The notes under the pieces were generated by a model. The model ran no database searches. It saw nothing but the letters and a program-made list of their open reading frames with translations, and was not told the DNA's origin. Below, piece after piece: positions 34,491-47,882 of a stretch of DNA of 64,000 nt (the first letter of the stretch is position 1; each line of letters starts with the position of its first letter). The DNA comes from Massalongia carnosa. Lineage: Eukaryota. A program made the translations under genes and the position numbers. Where the stretch lies: positions 2,790,001 to 2,854,000 of the forward strand of contig OZ287069.1 of assembly GCA_965645245.1 (NCBI GenBank), written 5' to 3'.

Positions 34491-35969
34491 TCAGCTTCGC
34501 CACGCTTCCGACGAGGAAATTTCCACTTCGCGCGTGACGCTGATGGCATGCGGCGATAGGACCGTTTCCACGTCCGGGTGCGCGGGCCCTTCTACCACCG
34601 TGTTGATGCGGCCGTTCGGTCCGTCGGCGGCGGCGTCCTTCCACCGATTGTAAGGCACCAGCTCAATTTTCGACCCGTTGGAGCCCGCCACCGAGGGGTC
34701 TTACCCATGATCGTCGAGCGCCTTGTAGGCGTCAGCGGCTTTGGACCAGGGCTGGCTGGCCAACGCCGGCAGGTTGGACTTGGCTGTGAAGGCGAACCCC
34801 ATGTTCTTGAAGAGCGGCCGATAGCAGGGTAGGCAGGCGCTGATGATGCCGATACACGTGCTTGCCTGGGCCCAGATGGCTGCGTTCTTGTTGGTCCCTG
34901 AGGGAAGATGCGTTTAAGATGGTCCCCTCTAAATTCATGGCCTCGTCTTCCACCATGGTGACATCGCGTGTGGGGAAACTCACATGTGAAGTCGTCTTCG
35001 GGAATGCTGATGGTGTTTGGAAGGCGTATCAGGTTGGTGAAACAGACGCTGTGCCCAAAAGTTAGCTGCGCCATTCTTTCTTCATACGTGCGAGCATGTT
35101 GGCGGTACAGCATGCATACAAACTACCTAATAAAAAAATGCTGGCCAGAGCCTTCTTCGCCCTCAAAGTCATTTGATGGTTCCAGATCACAGGGATAGGA
35201 ACCACAAATATGACGATGTCCGTCACGAGGTTCAAAAGAAGGCCGACGAGGTAGACGGTATGGAATTGGTAGCAATGGCCGTGGATGGTTTTGTTCCAGG
35301 CGTAATTGAACGGGACACAGTACGCCATGACCGTCAGAATAATGGTAATATTCTGGGTGAGGCTGAAGAGCCTTAGTGCGTAAAGAGTATACCTAAAACA
35401 GTGCTTCTGGACCGTGAAAAGGCGTCTGTACAGGAAAAGAAATGATAACTGTATTAGAAGAACACTGAGATGAAACCCTGGCTCCGCAAAGAGCAAAGCC
35501 TGGTAGGAAAGTAGGACGTCCAATTAGTTCCTGATCCAGAGTGATTTCTTCGCCATCGTCGGATCTCTCACCTTGACGAGTTGATATGGCTTGACAGCTA
35601 TCTAATGCCGGCCGAGTCCGTTTGTTTGTTTGGCTCTCATGAGCTCATCTTTTCGACACGGGGGTGCGTGAAGGGCTACTTTACCGTAGTGAGTTGCGAC
35701 AAACACTCCCCAAGCAATGAACTGTTTTTTTTTTTTGAGACTGAATATCAAGGCTTGAGGACGCAGGTAGGGACGCTTACCCCAGCAGCGAATATCGTAT
35801 ACTCATCTGGGCCGAATCCAGCTCGGATGTTCCATCGGACGTGAATCCGGAGCAAAATTGCCAAAGCTGCCAACACAAAAAACACCGATACGGCACCGAT
35901 AGTGTTTGGGCCTTTATCCTCGTGGATATGGGCCATTTGATAGGCTATCTGCTTGTCCGTCATTGCCAT
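34491..35969 (-). pseudogene. PTH11-like (fungal rhodopsin-domain, no CFEM) integral membrane protein, probably pseudogene
   Basis: LRIHVR..GFGPDEY, GLGRH, LFLYRRLF, CVPFNYAWNKTIHGHC, TDIVIFVVPIPVIW, SIFLLG, IGIISACLPT. There is an in-frame TAG right after GLGRH (~35594), an apparent frameshift after CLPTL (~34825) and a TAA at ~34701. Confidence 0.75.
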
Positions 35970-36702
35970 ATTGAGTGAGAGCTTTGAAGTTCGGGTGATT
36001 TGGATCTTGACAAGTTAAGCCGAGTATTTAAGAACTTGACTCTTAACTTCACCCACCCCTTTCGGCCGGACTTGGGATCCGTGAACAGAAGGATATGGGC
36101 CTTTCCTGGCGCTTCTCACGTTTTAGCGCGTTCTTGGACTCCATCTGTTCCTCTGTTGCTCAAACTACCACTCTCCGGCGGTATGAAAGGCTTAGGTAAA
36201 GCTTCTCTAGACACCCTAAATAGATTCATGCTCTAAGTGTGGAAGTTTAGGTTCGGGTCCAGAGGAGCAATCGGTATCCATGCTAAGTCTCATCATGGTT
36301 CCTTGCGTCAAATGAGACTGGCTTCACTAGGCTTGACAGAATCCCGATGATATTTTTCAATCGCTAATGACATGCTTTTCACACAAACCTAAGAAAAGGT
36401 GGTTATGCATAACAAGGTAGGTAGGTACCTTGCTTTCTATCATCCTTTTGTCTTGTCTTCGTCTTCAATAAGCCTACTTAAGGTTCACAGTTCACAATCC
36501 ATCTTACCTAATCTCCTCTCATCACACGTGATTACGTAGCTGCCTGTTCGTCCAGAAAAGCTGGCTGCGAGGGAAAGAGAAGTACAAGAAAAGTAAGACA
36601 AGTTAACTGGAATGTAGATAGAGATGGAGATGGAGATAATTCGTTACGATGCGCATGAAATTCGTTTATTTCATAACTCAAGCCTATCACAAAGCTTTCG
36701 GC

Positions 36703-38526
36703 TTACGCTTTGCCAGAGCTCGCCTCCCAAAGCCCAACTTTGACGCCGTTGGCGGGCGACAGCACGATTTCCGACTTGAGCTTCTGCTGGCTATCCTCAA
36801 AGTAGCGGTCGATGCGCTCGAAATGCTGCAGGATTCGCACGATCGTGTAGCCCATCTCTGTCAGCGCGAAGTTCTGCCCGATGCAGATTCTTGGGCCCGC
36901 GTTCTGGTCGGATTTTGGTGTTTAGCCGAATAGGTTCAGATGATAACCTTATGCATACTCTACGCAGAAATAGCTTGAACGGGAAGACTTACGAAGGGGA
37001 TATAGTGCCAGCTCTTGGGAATCCAATGATCCCATCGGTCGGGGCAAAAGGTCGAAATGTCCGGGAACTCGGCCGACGCGGGAGGGAACAAGACTGGGTC
37101 CCGTTGCATATAGATGGGCGAATAAGCAATCACGGTGTCTTTGAGGATTCCCACTGGGGAGAGGCCATCAGGGCCACCGCCGCGCGGTAACGTAGTGTCA
37201 TGTAGGGCCATCCGCATGTTGGCCGAAACTGAAGGATACATGCGCAAGGTCTCGTTGATGGTGTGCTGAAGGTAAGGCATGTTTTTCAGATCTTCGTATG
37301 TCGGGCGATGGTGAGGCCCGACGCGCTCAAAGATTTCGCGGCGAAGCTTGACTACAATTGTGGGATTGCGGGAAAGCTCTTGAAAGGTGAAGGAGAGCGT
37401 GCCCGCTGTTGTATCTCGTGAAGCTAGGAGAACTATAGCAACCTGTTAACGGAAAATATTCCTGCAGGTCATTGAAAAGGACCATCACCAACCAGCAACT
37501 AATTGGTCTCTAATTGATTTTCGATCACGGGTAAAGCTGGCGACTGCGTGAAGAAAGGTGTACCCGTGGCTCGATTTTGTCTTTTCCTCGAGTTCTGCCG
37601 GATCAAGAAGGAGCGCACGCTCGATGAAGGGGTTTACAAACTCATCGATCACTTTCAGGCCAGCCCGGAAGGTGCCACGAGGTATCAACCGCGAGAACGG
37701 TCCCAAGCGAGCAATCATATTCTGAACCCTCTGGACTTCGGCAAATGCTTTGGTGAACTCGTCCTGAGGGTTTTCTAGACTATGCACGCTCTGCCCGAGG
37801 AGAAATTCCGTACTAGCATCCAAAGTGTATCTTACAACACCTGTCAGCAATGCCTTGAAACAACCATTTGAGAATGCTACACGTTCAGAAGTAGTACCGA
37901 TAAAAAAGGGCCGATATATCGACCTCTTGCCCTTGGCCGCCTAGCATGGTAATCAGCTTGTTCACATGCTTTTCGAAAATGTCCAGATCGCTAATCCGGG
38001 TTTTGATAAATTGCGGTCTGAACAGACTCCTGCTATTATGCCATTCTTCACCGTCGGTGGTGAAGATCGAATCTCCTAAGAACTCCTTCCAATCTTCATG
38101 AAAGGGCTTTCCCTTGCCATAGTCTTGGAACTGCGTGGCAAGAATTGCCTTCGTGTTCTCCGGGTCAGCGGTGAAGATGAAGCGTTGACGTGCAAGTCTC
38201 AGTTCGATGGTCGGAGGTCTTCCCGGCGGAGCATGAGAGAAAAGACCTGTCCAAAACTCCAAGTCTCGGTCCTCACTCGAACAACGATGACTGTGGTAAG
38301 CAATGCCAATCCCTACAGGCCGCTGTTAAAGAAGCACGTTCTCCACCAGCACACGGGCCACCACGGCATACATACCCAACGGAAGCTTTCCTCTGACTTG
38401 AGGGGCCCGGCCCCCAAGACGACGAATCTGCACGTTTTCGTGGATCACGGATACCGTAAAATAGACCACCAAGGCCGTGAAGACCAGCCCGACCAGGAAC
38501 GTCCGATCCGTCAAATAATCAATCAT
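36703..38526 (-). CDS. Cytochrome P450, CYP52-like (alkane/fatty-acid hydroxylase clan)
   Basis: FTADPENTKAILATQFQDYGKG, FLGDSIFTTDG, LFRPQF, YTLD, LLASRDTTA (I-helix), ETLRMYP, DTTLPRGGGPDG, FNGGPRICIGQNFA (heme Cys); multi-exon. Confidence 0.93.
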
Positions 38527-39123
38527 CTTAACATCAGTCGTCGGGGAGTTGATGATGGAATAGACGTTGGGGGCATGCAAGAATTCTCTTCGTCGCAGTT
38601 GAAACCGATTACCGACAGAGATGCCAAGAATCTTGATGGAATACACGAACTCGATGAATGACGCGGAGGGGCGAGTGACATATGTTATATGTAGGGAAGG
38701 CTACGCCAACTGTTTTAAAATACTAAATTCCGGTCAAAGCTCTAGATTCCCGCATGAAATTTTACACACTCGGTTTTACCCCCCGTTTGCGACGCGCTAG
38801 ACGTACCTAGTACTTTTACGCTGGTCTATCCAGGACCTTGCATATGCAGAGAACTCCTCCGCCAATCGACGATTCGGTTGATCCACAAGTAGTGTGAAAT
38901 TGTGAAGTGGACTACTCTGTATGTCATGTCTATGAACTCCCCCATCTCTCTTTCCTAGAGAAACTCTTGTTTGAACCCTGTTCGTCAAGTGTTATCATAT
39001 GCCCAATATCCCATGATTTCCAAATCCCCCAATGCCGCCAAAACAAAGATGAAGTCTCCTCCAAACCGTAAAATGCCAAAAACTCCGACATGTCAACTTG
39101 CTCGGTGGACCACGGCCTATGGC

Positions 39124-40747
39124 TTATATCACTAGAGTACCACCCAAAAATATTGCGCAGGCAGCGGTGAGAATCCAATTAATCTTCCTCACCTCTGCCG
39201 TAGCCATGGTGGCCGAATTTTTTTTAGCGTTTACGTGTGATCCAGCGCTTTCGGCAAGCACCGGCACTTTGGTCGGTGATGGTGTGTTAGGCACGAGTGC
39301 TGGGGAGTTGGTGACAAGAAAGCCCTGCTCATTGTAGTGTTTCACGGCTGTGGCCGTCGCGCCTACTTGGATGATGGTGATGGGAAACCCCTTTTCGTCA
39401 TACTGTGTAATGGCCTCAGGACCACCGTCCACCAAAGGCAAGTCCTGTGGCGATACTGATGGTGACGAGGTATATAAAGCGGGTGGGGATGTTGGCTGCG
39501 AGATATGTGATCAGCAATACGTCTCCACGAAGCGCCCAAAGCACAAGAACACGAGGGTAGCTCACTCACAGGCGCCGCGCTTGGCGGGAGGACTTTGCCA
39601 TTGTTGGTGACGGTCCATCCACTTGGTAGACCCGGGTACGTCGTGACCGTGGCTACCGGGCTTTTTTGAAGAGTGGTTGCTACCCAAGGATAGATATCGG
39701 GCGTAACATATGTGGAACTTGAGTCGCGGTGAGTGCCCTCGAATGGCATTGGCGCGCTGTTCAAAGCGGTCACCACGGGCGGAGCGACGCCTGCTGGAGC
39801 TACGACCTTGCCTCCGCCCGAGTTCACCTTGCCTCCTACCACTTGAATGGAGTCCCAAGTCCCCGTGGTGCCAGAATAGGTGTATTGTGTGCCGGTCGAA
39901 TAATCCGTTACAGAAACGGACTTTACGTGCATCGAGTACGGTCCGTTGGCATAATTGGTTGGGCCGCCCGCCCAAGCTGGAGCCGAGGGAGAATAGGTTA
40001 GCGGCTTTCAGTGGGGATGAGATACCCGAAGGGACTTACCAATTGTCCCTGGAGCGTTCGCTGAGTCACCTCCGCTCCAGGCTCCCATTTTAAGCATCAT
40101 GGGTGTTTGCGGGTATTGGCCTCCAGCAGCCTCGGGAGTCAAGGTACGAACGGTGGTTCCATCAATTTGCCAAGAAATTGCATTTGCTGTCCAATCAATA
40201 GAATATTTCTTGAAGGATCCTTGATTGCTTGGGTCTGGGTGGAACGCCCCCCGATTGTAGGTTGTGGTCTGTCCCTTTCCAAAATAGTTGCTTTGGACTT
40301 GGTTGTTGTCTGCTCCAAGCCACTCCCAATCGATTTCGTCAAGGTCATCTGACTGTAGCACAGCGCTGCTCACGATGCCCGGCCCCGAGGCTGGCTTCAC
40401 CACGAAGTCAACATGACCGAACATGATGTACCATTTCGACGTGAGTTGGGGTGAGTCGCCGGATTTAGCGACAGTAAAGGAGGCCCCGTTGGAGTCGTAT
40501 GAGGGACTCCCTTGCGAAGTGAAAGAGTCAGAAGCTCCAGAGGTGAAGTCGATCGTAACGGATTTTCCGAGTGCGGTATCCGGTGGACAGCTACCTATCA
40601 TGGGATCAGCCAGTTTCTGTGTGATATGCTTATCGGTACAAGCAACTTACCGCTCGTGAGAGGATTGCAGTTACTGTAGGTCTGGGCTACCACTTGTATA
40701 GCTAGAACACCAAATATTACGGCTGAGGACAAAGTGGAGGATCTCAT
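39124..40747 (-). CDS. GH16 Crh/Crf chitin-glucan transglycosylase, GPI-anchored
   Basis: Signal peptide followed by QTYSNCNPL, YIMFG, DDLDEIDWEWLG (catalytic EIDxE), NYFGKG, YPQTPM and a Ser/Thr/Pro stalk with a hydrophobic C-terminus. An alternative short end at 39416 is described under findings. Confidence 0.93.
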
Positions 40748-41486
40748 CTCCGGAGAATTGAAGCTTGTAGAGGAGGCGAAAGAAGGAAGGGGCGAGCAGC
40801 CGCTGCTGCTGCTGGCGGAGTGAAGCCGAGAGTCCGAGTACTCCAACCTATGATTTAATGATAGCCAGTGATTACGAGAAATATACTTGATTTAGACAAT
40901 GTGTGTTTGCACGAAGTAGTTGCTGAAGCTTTAAATGCAGGAAAACGTGTGGAACGGGATAGTCTGCAGTTGGGGAACACTTATGCGTATCTGGGGTGTT
41001 TACAGCTTTGAGATTGCTCTAACCACCTTAATATCTGCCAGCCACCGCGAAGAATATTCCAGTGTCCGTTTTCGGTGTAGCAATGGAGTGACTTGTGGAT
41101 ATGATCCGATAGTTGGAATCTGATTTGAAGCAATATTCAATGGCTGGAAACGATGATGAATTCTTTCTTTTTTTCAGATGATTAAACTTGGAGGGAAAAA
41201 TTGAAGGCTGAAAGCTCTCTCTCTCTATCGTTTCAATCCAGGGTTGTCGGGACAATCCTCTTTGTTTGGCCCGGCAAGACGGCTTGCATTCCCGCTGCAG
41301 GTTAGCTAAGCGAGAGCCACGTTGGAACCCTTAGCTCCCGAGATAAAAAAGCTTGGCATGTTTGAATCTTGGCTCTTGGCATCTCACCATCTCACCATCT
41401 CGAATTTGTCAACGTCACGAACGGGTACGGAGCATCGCACATGTCTGTTGGGCTTCTCTTGGTGCAATTCTCACGTATCGATTGTC

Positions 41487-43034
41487 ATGGCGGACTCGTT
41501 GACTGCAGAAGAAAAAATCGCGTTGATCAACGAGAACTTACAAGAAGTCCTCAAACCCGAAATCATTGAAGATGTGATCAAGAAGCAAGACAGATCCCTC
41601 GTCATCTACTGGGGTACCAACACAATCCCCCCCTCTCCAGTTTTGCTGCCCATTTGGTAACAGACATGGAAATCTCACAGGCACGGCAACCACCGGGCGG
41701 CCGCATTGCGGCTACTTCGTCCCCATGCTCAAGATCGCCCATTTCCTGCGCGCCGGCTGCACTGTCAAGATCCTCCTCGCCGACATCCATGGCTTCCTCG
41801 ACAACCTCAAAGCGCCCATCGAGCTGGTCAAGTTCCGCGCCGAATACTACCGCTTCGTCATCACCACGCTGCTCCAATCCATCCAGGTGCCCATCGATAA
41901 GCTCGAGTTCGTGCTCGGCAGCTCCTACCAGCTCTCGGCCAACTACATCATGGACCTGTTCCGGCTGAGCGCGGTGGTGACGGAGCACGACACCAAGAAA
42001 GCCGGGGCGGAGGTGGTCAAGCAGGTGGCCAACCCTACGCTCAGCGGACTCATCTACCCGCTCATGCAAGCGCTGGACGAAGAGCACCTAGCAGTCGACG
42101 CGCAGTTCGGCGGCATGGACCAGCGCAAGATCTTCGCGCTAGCCGGCGAGCAGCTGCCCAAGCTCGGCTACAAGGAACGCGCCCATCTGATGAACCCCAT
42201 GGTGCCCGGCCTGCACGGGGGCAAGATGTCCGCCTCCGACCCTGACTCGAAGATCGACCTGCTCGACGAACCTGACGTGACACGGCGGAAGCTGAAAAAA
42301 GCCCCCGCCGTTCCGCGGGAGGTCGATGGCAACGGCATCGTCAGTTTCGTCGAATACGTCCTGCTGCCCGCGAGCGCGCTCCAGAACGGGGGGACTAAGG
42401 CCCGGTTCGTGGTCGAGCAGCGGGAAGGCCCGCCGCTGGTGTACGAAAAAATCGAGCACCTGAAGGCCGATTACAGCCAAGACATCGCACGTCTCTCCCC
42501 CTCTCTCCCCATCCCCTAGCTCCACCTCCCTTAATAAACTAACCCGTCCTTCCATTCCCCCCAATTTAGCTTTCCCCCCAAACCCTCAAACCCGCCGTCA
42601 CCGCCGCCCTGATCGCCCTCCTCGCCCCCATCCAGGCCGCCTTCGCTGCCTCGCCCGCCTGGCAAGCCGTCGCCCTACAAGCCTACCCGCCCCCCGCCGA
42701 AGCCCAGAAGAAGGACAAGAAAAAGGTCAAGGACAAGGGGAGTCGGCACCCTGGCGTGGGTACGGGTACGGGTACGGGTGCGGGCGTGGAGGCGGGGTCA
42801 GCGCTGGGGAAGGCGGACAAAGGACCAAGGGACGAGGATAAAGCGCAGGGCGCCGACGGCGATGGCAATGGCGATGGCGAAGCGGTGGTCGCGCAACCGG
42901 ACGGCAGCGTGGCGGGAAGCAGCGGAAAGGCGGACGAGGTCAGCCTGGGGATCGGCAAGGGCATAGACCGGCTGGTGCAGAGCCTAGATTTGGGCAAGGA
43001 TGTCAAGAGCCCCCCAGCCCCCGCGAAATCGTAA
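41487..43034 (+). CDS. TYS1: Cytosolic tyrosyl-tRNA synthetase
   Basis: NLQEVL, YWGTATTGRPHCGY (HIGH motif), LLADIHGFLDN, YPLMQALDEE, QFGGMDQRKIF, KMSAS. Introns are 41614-41680 and a GC-AG intron at 42487-42569. Confidence 0.95.
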
Positions 43035-43949
43035 AATAAAATAAATCAATGAATAACCTCATCACTTAGCTGCTGCTACTGCTGCTTGTTTGGGGGGTGG
43101 GGAGAGGATACGTTCGGCTCGATCCGGGTTGGGGGGGGGGGGGGGGTTGACGGCTTCATGGGGGTCAGTTTCGTTCTTTCTCTCTTTCTCTCTTTTTTCC
43201 TATCTGGAGGAGAAGATAGGAGAGGAGAGGGTAGGTAGGGAGGTAGAGTCGATAATGAAACGACGGAGGCGTCAAGAAGTCGGAATGTCCCGACCTAACC
43301 AACCAACCACCAACCTGCACGAAGTCGCTAAGTCGCTCAATCAAGCTTATCCATCCATCCGTCCAGTCGTCTCCCCTCCTCCCCCTCCCTTCCTACTCAC
43401 TGCATACCCAAATGGCCTGTCCCCCGCCTCTACCTGTTAGAATCCAGTCAGAAAGCCCTCTCGCTCTCTTTGCAAAAACTTCACCCCCTCGCCACACTGT
43501 CAGCTACCGCCCCCAGCAGCAGCACCTTACATCCTCTCATTCACCACCATCATATCTCCTCCCTCCCCACCTGTACATACAACCTGCCGGCGCCGGCGTC
43601 CACTCAAAACGGCCACTGCACGCGTATTTGTTTCCACGCCTTATGGGGCGAGGGCGATGTTATCAGTTGGGGAGGTAGACCGGGGGGAGGGTGAAGGTTT
43701 GGGTGTTGCGCGGTGGGGAGGAAATTAGTGGTTAAGGCTGGGGAGGCGTGGGGAGGTGAGTTGTTCCTCTTCTTCCTCATGGAGGCTTGTAGCGTTGGTG
43801 AGGGATAGCAAGGAGGTTGTAAGTTGAGGGTCTTCGGGCGCATTCGGAGGAGGAGGTTGCATACGAAACTTCTATACATAAATGGTTTCTAGGGGGCATA
43901 AGGGGCATCAGAGGCAAAGCACGCTGTCGTTAGGAGTCTCCGAAAATAC

Positions 43950-46702
43950 TCACACGCACAGCACGTGCGCAATCCAATCCGTCTGCACGGCGCTCACACT
44001 TCGCGCATAGCTGCGGTTCGTGAAGACAAACTCGTTATACATGATCGCCTCAACCTTCTTGCCGAAAAGGCCGCTAGAAGGGTGGATGGCGACAGTTTGA
44101 TTGCCGACGAGGGTCCTGTAGCTGCCGTCCGGGATCAGCCGTGCCGTGTTGGTCGCGAACCCGGTCAGGAAGCACTTTAGGATCGAGCTTGCCGTGTCGC
44201 TAGTCACGGCCGGAGTTGTTAAGGGTTGCGGTTCTGGGGGAAGACGCAGCGAGTTAGAGCGTTGGCAATGGGCGCGGAGCTGTTTGCGCACGTCCTGGGC
44301 GGTTCAGTATAAGTGCAAAGGGTCCACTTATGGCCAAGATTACATACCATGACAGCCTGCATGGCTCTGTGCGACACGAAATGCCGCTCTGCCCATGCCT
44401 TTCGGTCCGCGGCTTCTGCAGCAAAGGCTTGCACTGTGGTAAGTAGTATCAAATGATCGCCTTCCCGCCGGTAGAGCTCCCGCCGGGCAGCTTCCGCCTC
44501 TTCCTTTTTTTCTTCCGAGTTGAGGCTCAAGAAGATGTTCTCCACGCTTAAGCATGATATTATATCGATCACTTCCGGAATGCAATTCATCTCTGGATCT
44601 GCGGCCGCCAACAAGACCCTGGCCAGTGAAACAGAGAGGGGAAGTTTGGCCATCCGCACACCAACGTCACTGATTTCCCCAGATTCCTTGAGGGCTTGCA
44701 GTTGATACAATTGCATCAGCGCCTTTTCCAAAGCTTCGCGGGGCGGTGGGTCAAGGAAGGGAAACCCGACTATGTCGTTTACACTTCTCGCCTTCATGGT
44801 CAAGATAGCTTGACTCAGATCACAGCGGAGAATCTCCGGAGTGTTTGATGGCTGCAGTGTAAGATAGTCTCGCTCTGTATACAACCTATAACACTGGCCT
44901 GCGGCTTCTCGACCCGCCCGCCCTTTACGCTGAATGGCGGCCGATTTGGAAATGGGTTTTACGAGCAGCGAATCTAGACCAATTCGGGATCGAAACTGCT
45001 TGATCTTTGCTTTCCCACAATCAATCACGAACCGCACGCCGGAAACCGTGACGGAAGTCTCGGCGATGTTGGTAGCCAGAATGATTTTTCTCGTTTTTGG
45101 CGGCGCGGGTTGGAACACTCGCTGCTGAGCGGCCTGTGGCAATGCGGCAAACAGGGGCAAGACTAGCAGTTTTGGCACGTCCAGGCTCATACCCAACGCG
45201 TACTCTCTGACTAAATTCTCTAGGGACTCGACCGTCTCTTGCCCTGTGAGAAAGACTAGAATATCCCCCGGCATTGGTTCCTTGTAGTGTATCTGGAAAA
45301 TTGTGCGCAGGCTTGCATCGACAAAGTCTTGCAATGGCTCAGGCGAATATAGGATCTTAACAGGAAACTGGCGCCCCTCAATGTAACAGGTTGCTACACG
45401 GGAAGACTTCTGATTTTGTTGTCTCTCACTTCCTGGGTCCGTTTGACCTGGCCCGGTAGTTGATTTTGGGTTGGCGTTTACGTTTTTCTTTTGGCCGGTT
45501 GCCGCAGTTCCCTCATCCTTCCGCTTGCTTTTATCCATGATATTATGGCCACTAACGACGATTGGTGCGAGTGATTTGGCTTCGTCATCCGAAGATGATA
45601 TCCCTGACCATTCCGACTCCTCTTCCGGTTCCTGGTTGGCTTGAATCGCTGAATCATGCTTCTCCCCGTCCGACTGTTCAATCCCATTTGATTGCTTGGC
45701 TCCAACCCCTCCATCAAAAAAATTCAATAGATTTTCCATGTTCACAGTCGCGCTCATAACCGCCACCTTAAGCGCTACCCCCCCCCTTCCCTCCTTTTTA
45801 CCATCATTCATATTCCTTAAAAAGCCCATTACCAAATCGACATTGACGCCTCTTTCATGAACCTCATCTACAATCACTGCACTATACTGCCGTAGCCAAG
45901 GATCGCTCAGCATCTCCTGAAGAAGCATTCCATCCGTTAGGAACTTTATTTGGGTACTTGGGGACGTCGAATTGTCGAATCGTACGGAATATCCAACCTT
46001 GCTAGTTGGTGACGATGATCCCAAGGGGGTGCTCATTTCCTCAGCCACACGTCGCGCGAGGGAGATTGCCGCCACTCTTCTTGGTTCTGTAATGGCAATG
46101 CAGCCTCCAACCTTGATGGTTTGAGTAACTCCCTCGACTGTGGCAGAAATGAACTGTGATTTACACCACGGTTCATTGATAAGTATCTGCGGAACCTGGG
46201 TACTTTTGCCGCTCCCAGTTTCCCCCACCAAAAGCATGACATCCTTCTGACGAAGTCCTTCACGGATTTCCCTTTCATGCGACCAGATCGGTAGATTCTT
46301 CCGCAGTTTCCAGAGAGCCTTGGCTTTTTCACTTAGACGGCCATGAATAGTATCCGTTCTGTAGGTCGCCGATTGCCTTGACGGGGTATTCGACTTTGAG
46401 TGGGCTGCGCGGTCAGGAGCCTTTGGGGACGTTTTCAGACCGTCTTCTTTTCTTGATATTCTCCCAAGTAGGGGGATGTCCAGGCGGCTGGCATCGCCAT
46501 TTCGAGGCCTTTCAATGGCATCCGATGAAACCCCATTCAGCTCCGCTGGTTGAAACCTAGAGCCATTTGGAGCATGCGTTTCGCGCTTTCGCTTCATGCT
46601 AGGAAACAACGCACTGCGCGCAGCAACATCGACTTCGCTATTCTTTAGGGTTTTCGCTTGAGAATCCTCGTTGCCAAAGTGCTTGTGTACTCGCTCTGGC
46701 AT
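43950..46702 (-). CDS. DHR2: DEAH-box RNA helicase DHR2/DHX33-like (ribosome biogenesis)
   Basis: GETGSGKSTQ, EPRRVAA, DEVHER, MSAT, FLTGQE, ATNIAETSVT, QRKGRAGR, HA2 and OB-fold (IHPSS..YNEFVFT); one intron near 44296-44348. Confidence 0.88.
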
Positions 46703-47062
46703 CTTTAGGAAGTTTCGAGGACCATGGCTCGGTCAATCAAGTTGAAAACTTGCGTAAATTTTTTTTTTGAGTATTCGATACCCTGGATGTGGATGGGTTT
46801 TCTTGATCACCATTGCATTGACCGACATGTCATTCTTCGTACAAAGATTTGTACAGAGCACATATGTCTGTGTTTCGCCTGAAGTACAGAGTAACTTAAT
46901 ACTTCTCAGAACAGAAAGCATAAAATACTCAGCCCTACAGTCCCTCAGCAAACCCCCCTGCAACCTCCCTTCTTCCGGAATCCTTCCGCACACTCCCTAT
47001 CAAACCCAGTGCTCAACCCCTCTTCCCCTCCCTCCTCACCATTCCCCCGAAAAAAACCCACA

Positions 47063-47882
47063 ATGTCCAACCCCGCCCCACGCGCCCGCTCCCCAACCGC
47101 CGGCCCTGCAAGTAGTCCCCCCTCTCCCTTCCCTATCAAAATCTCCGGCCCAATCATCAAAGGTTTCGGGCGTGGCAGTAAAGAAGTTTGTCCCCCTAAC
47201 ACTGTCCTTCGCCACTCGCCACTCGCCACTCGCCAATCTCGAAGCTGAGCTAAGCTAACCTTTCTTTTACCCCCAACCGACAGCTCGGCATCCCCACAGC
47301 CAATATCCCGGTCTCGGGCCTTAGCGTGGGCGGCCACGATGACCTGCCCAGCGGGGTGTATTTTGGCTGGGCGGGCGTGGATATTGATGATGAGGGGCGG
47401 CGCTTGGAAGAGAGTGCGGGCGGGAAGGAGGTGAGCGATGCTGGTGGGGGAAGAGGAGCGGATAAGGTGGGGGGGGGGCGGAAAGGGGGCGTGTGGCCCA
47501 TGGTGATGAGTATAGGGTGGAACCCATTCTACAAAAACACCGTTCGCTCCGTTGTATGTCCCCTTTCCTTATCCTCCTCCTCCTCCTCCCCCTCTCCCTC
47601 TCTTCCCCTTCTCTCCTAAAAGAAAAAAAAAACTCGACACAGGAAGTCCATCTCATCCCCGCCCGCCCCTTCAAGCACGATTTCTATGGCGCGTACATGA
47701 ACCTGTTGATCCTCGGCTTCGTGCGTGCGGAACTGGACTACGTATCAAGGGAGGCTCTGGTGGCGGACATCCAAACGGACATCCAGGTGGCCAGGCGGAG
47801 TTTGGAGAGGGATGGGTATGCGGTGTGGAGAAGGAGGGAAGAGGGGTGGTTGTTGGGGTTCGGAGAAGCGCAAGGTGGGTAG
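47063..47882 (+). CDS. FMN1: Riboflavin kinase
   Basis: Spliced product has [46 protein letters not shown] and [12 protein letters not shown]; two GT-AG introns. Confidence 0.95.

Noticed and set aside
41602..42564. Long antisense ORFs over TyrRS (and over CwfJ, adenylate cyclase, acuK)
   Set aside because: These are expected by-products of GC3-rich codon usage and show no independent motifs.
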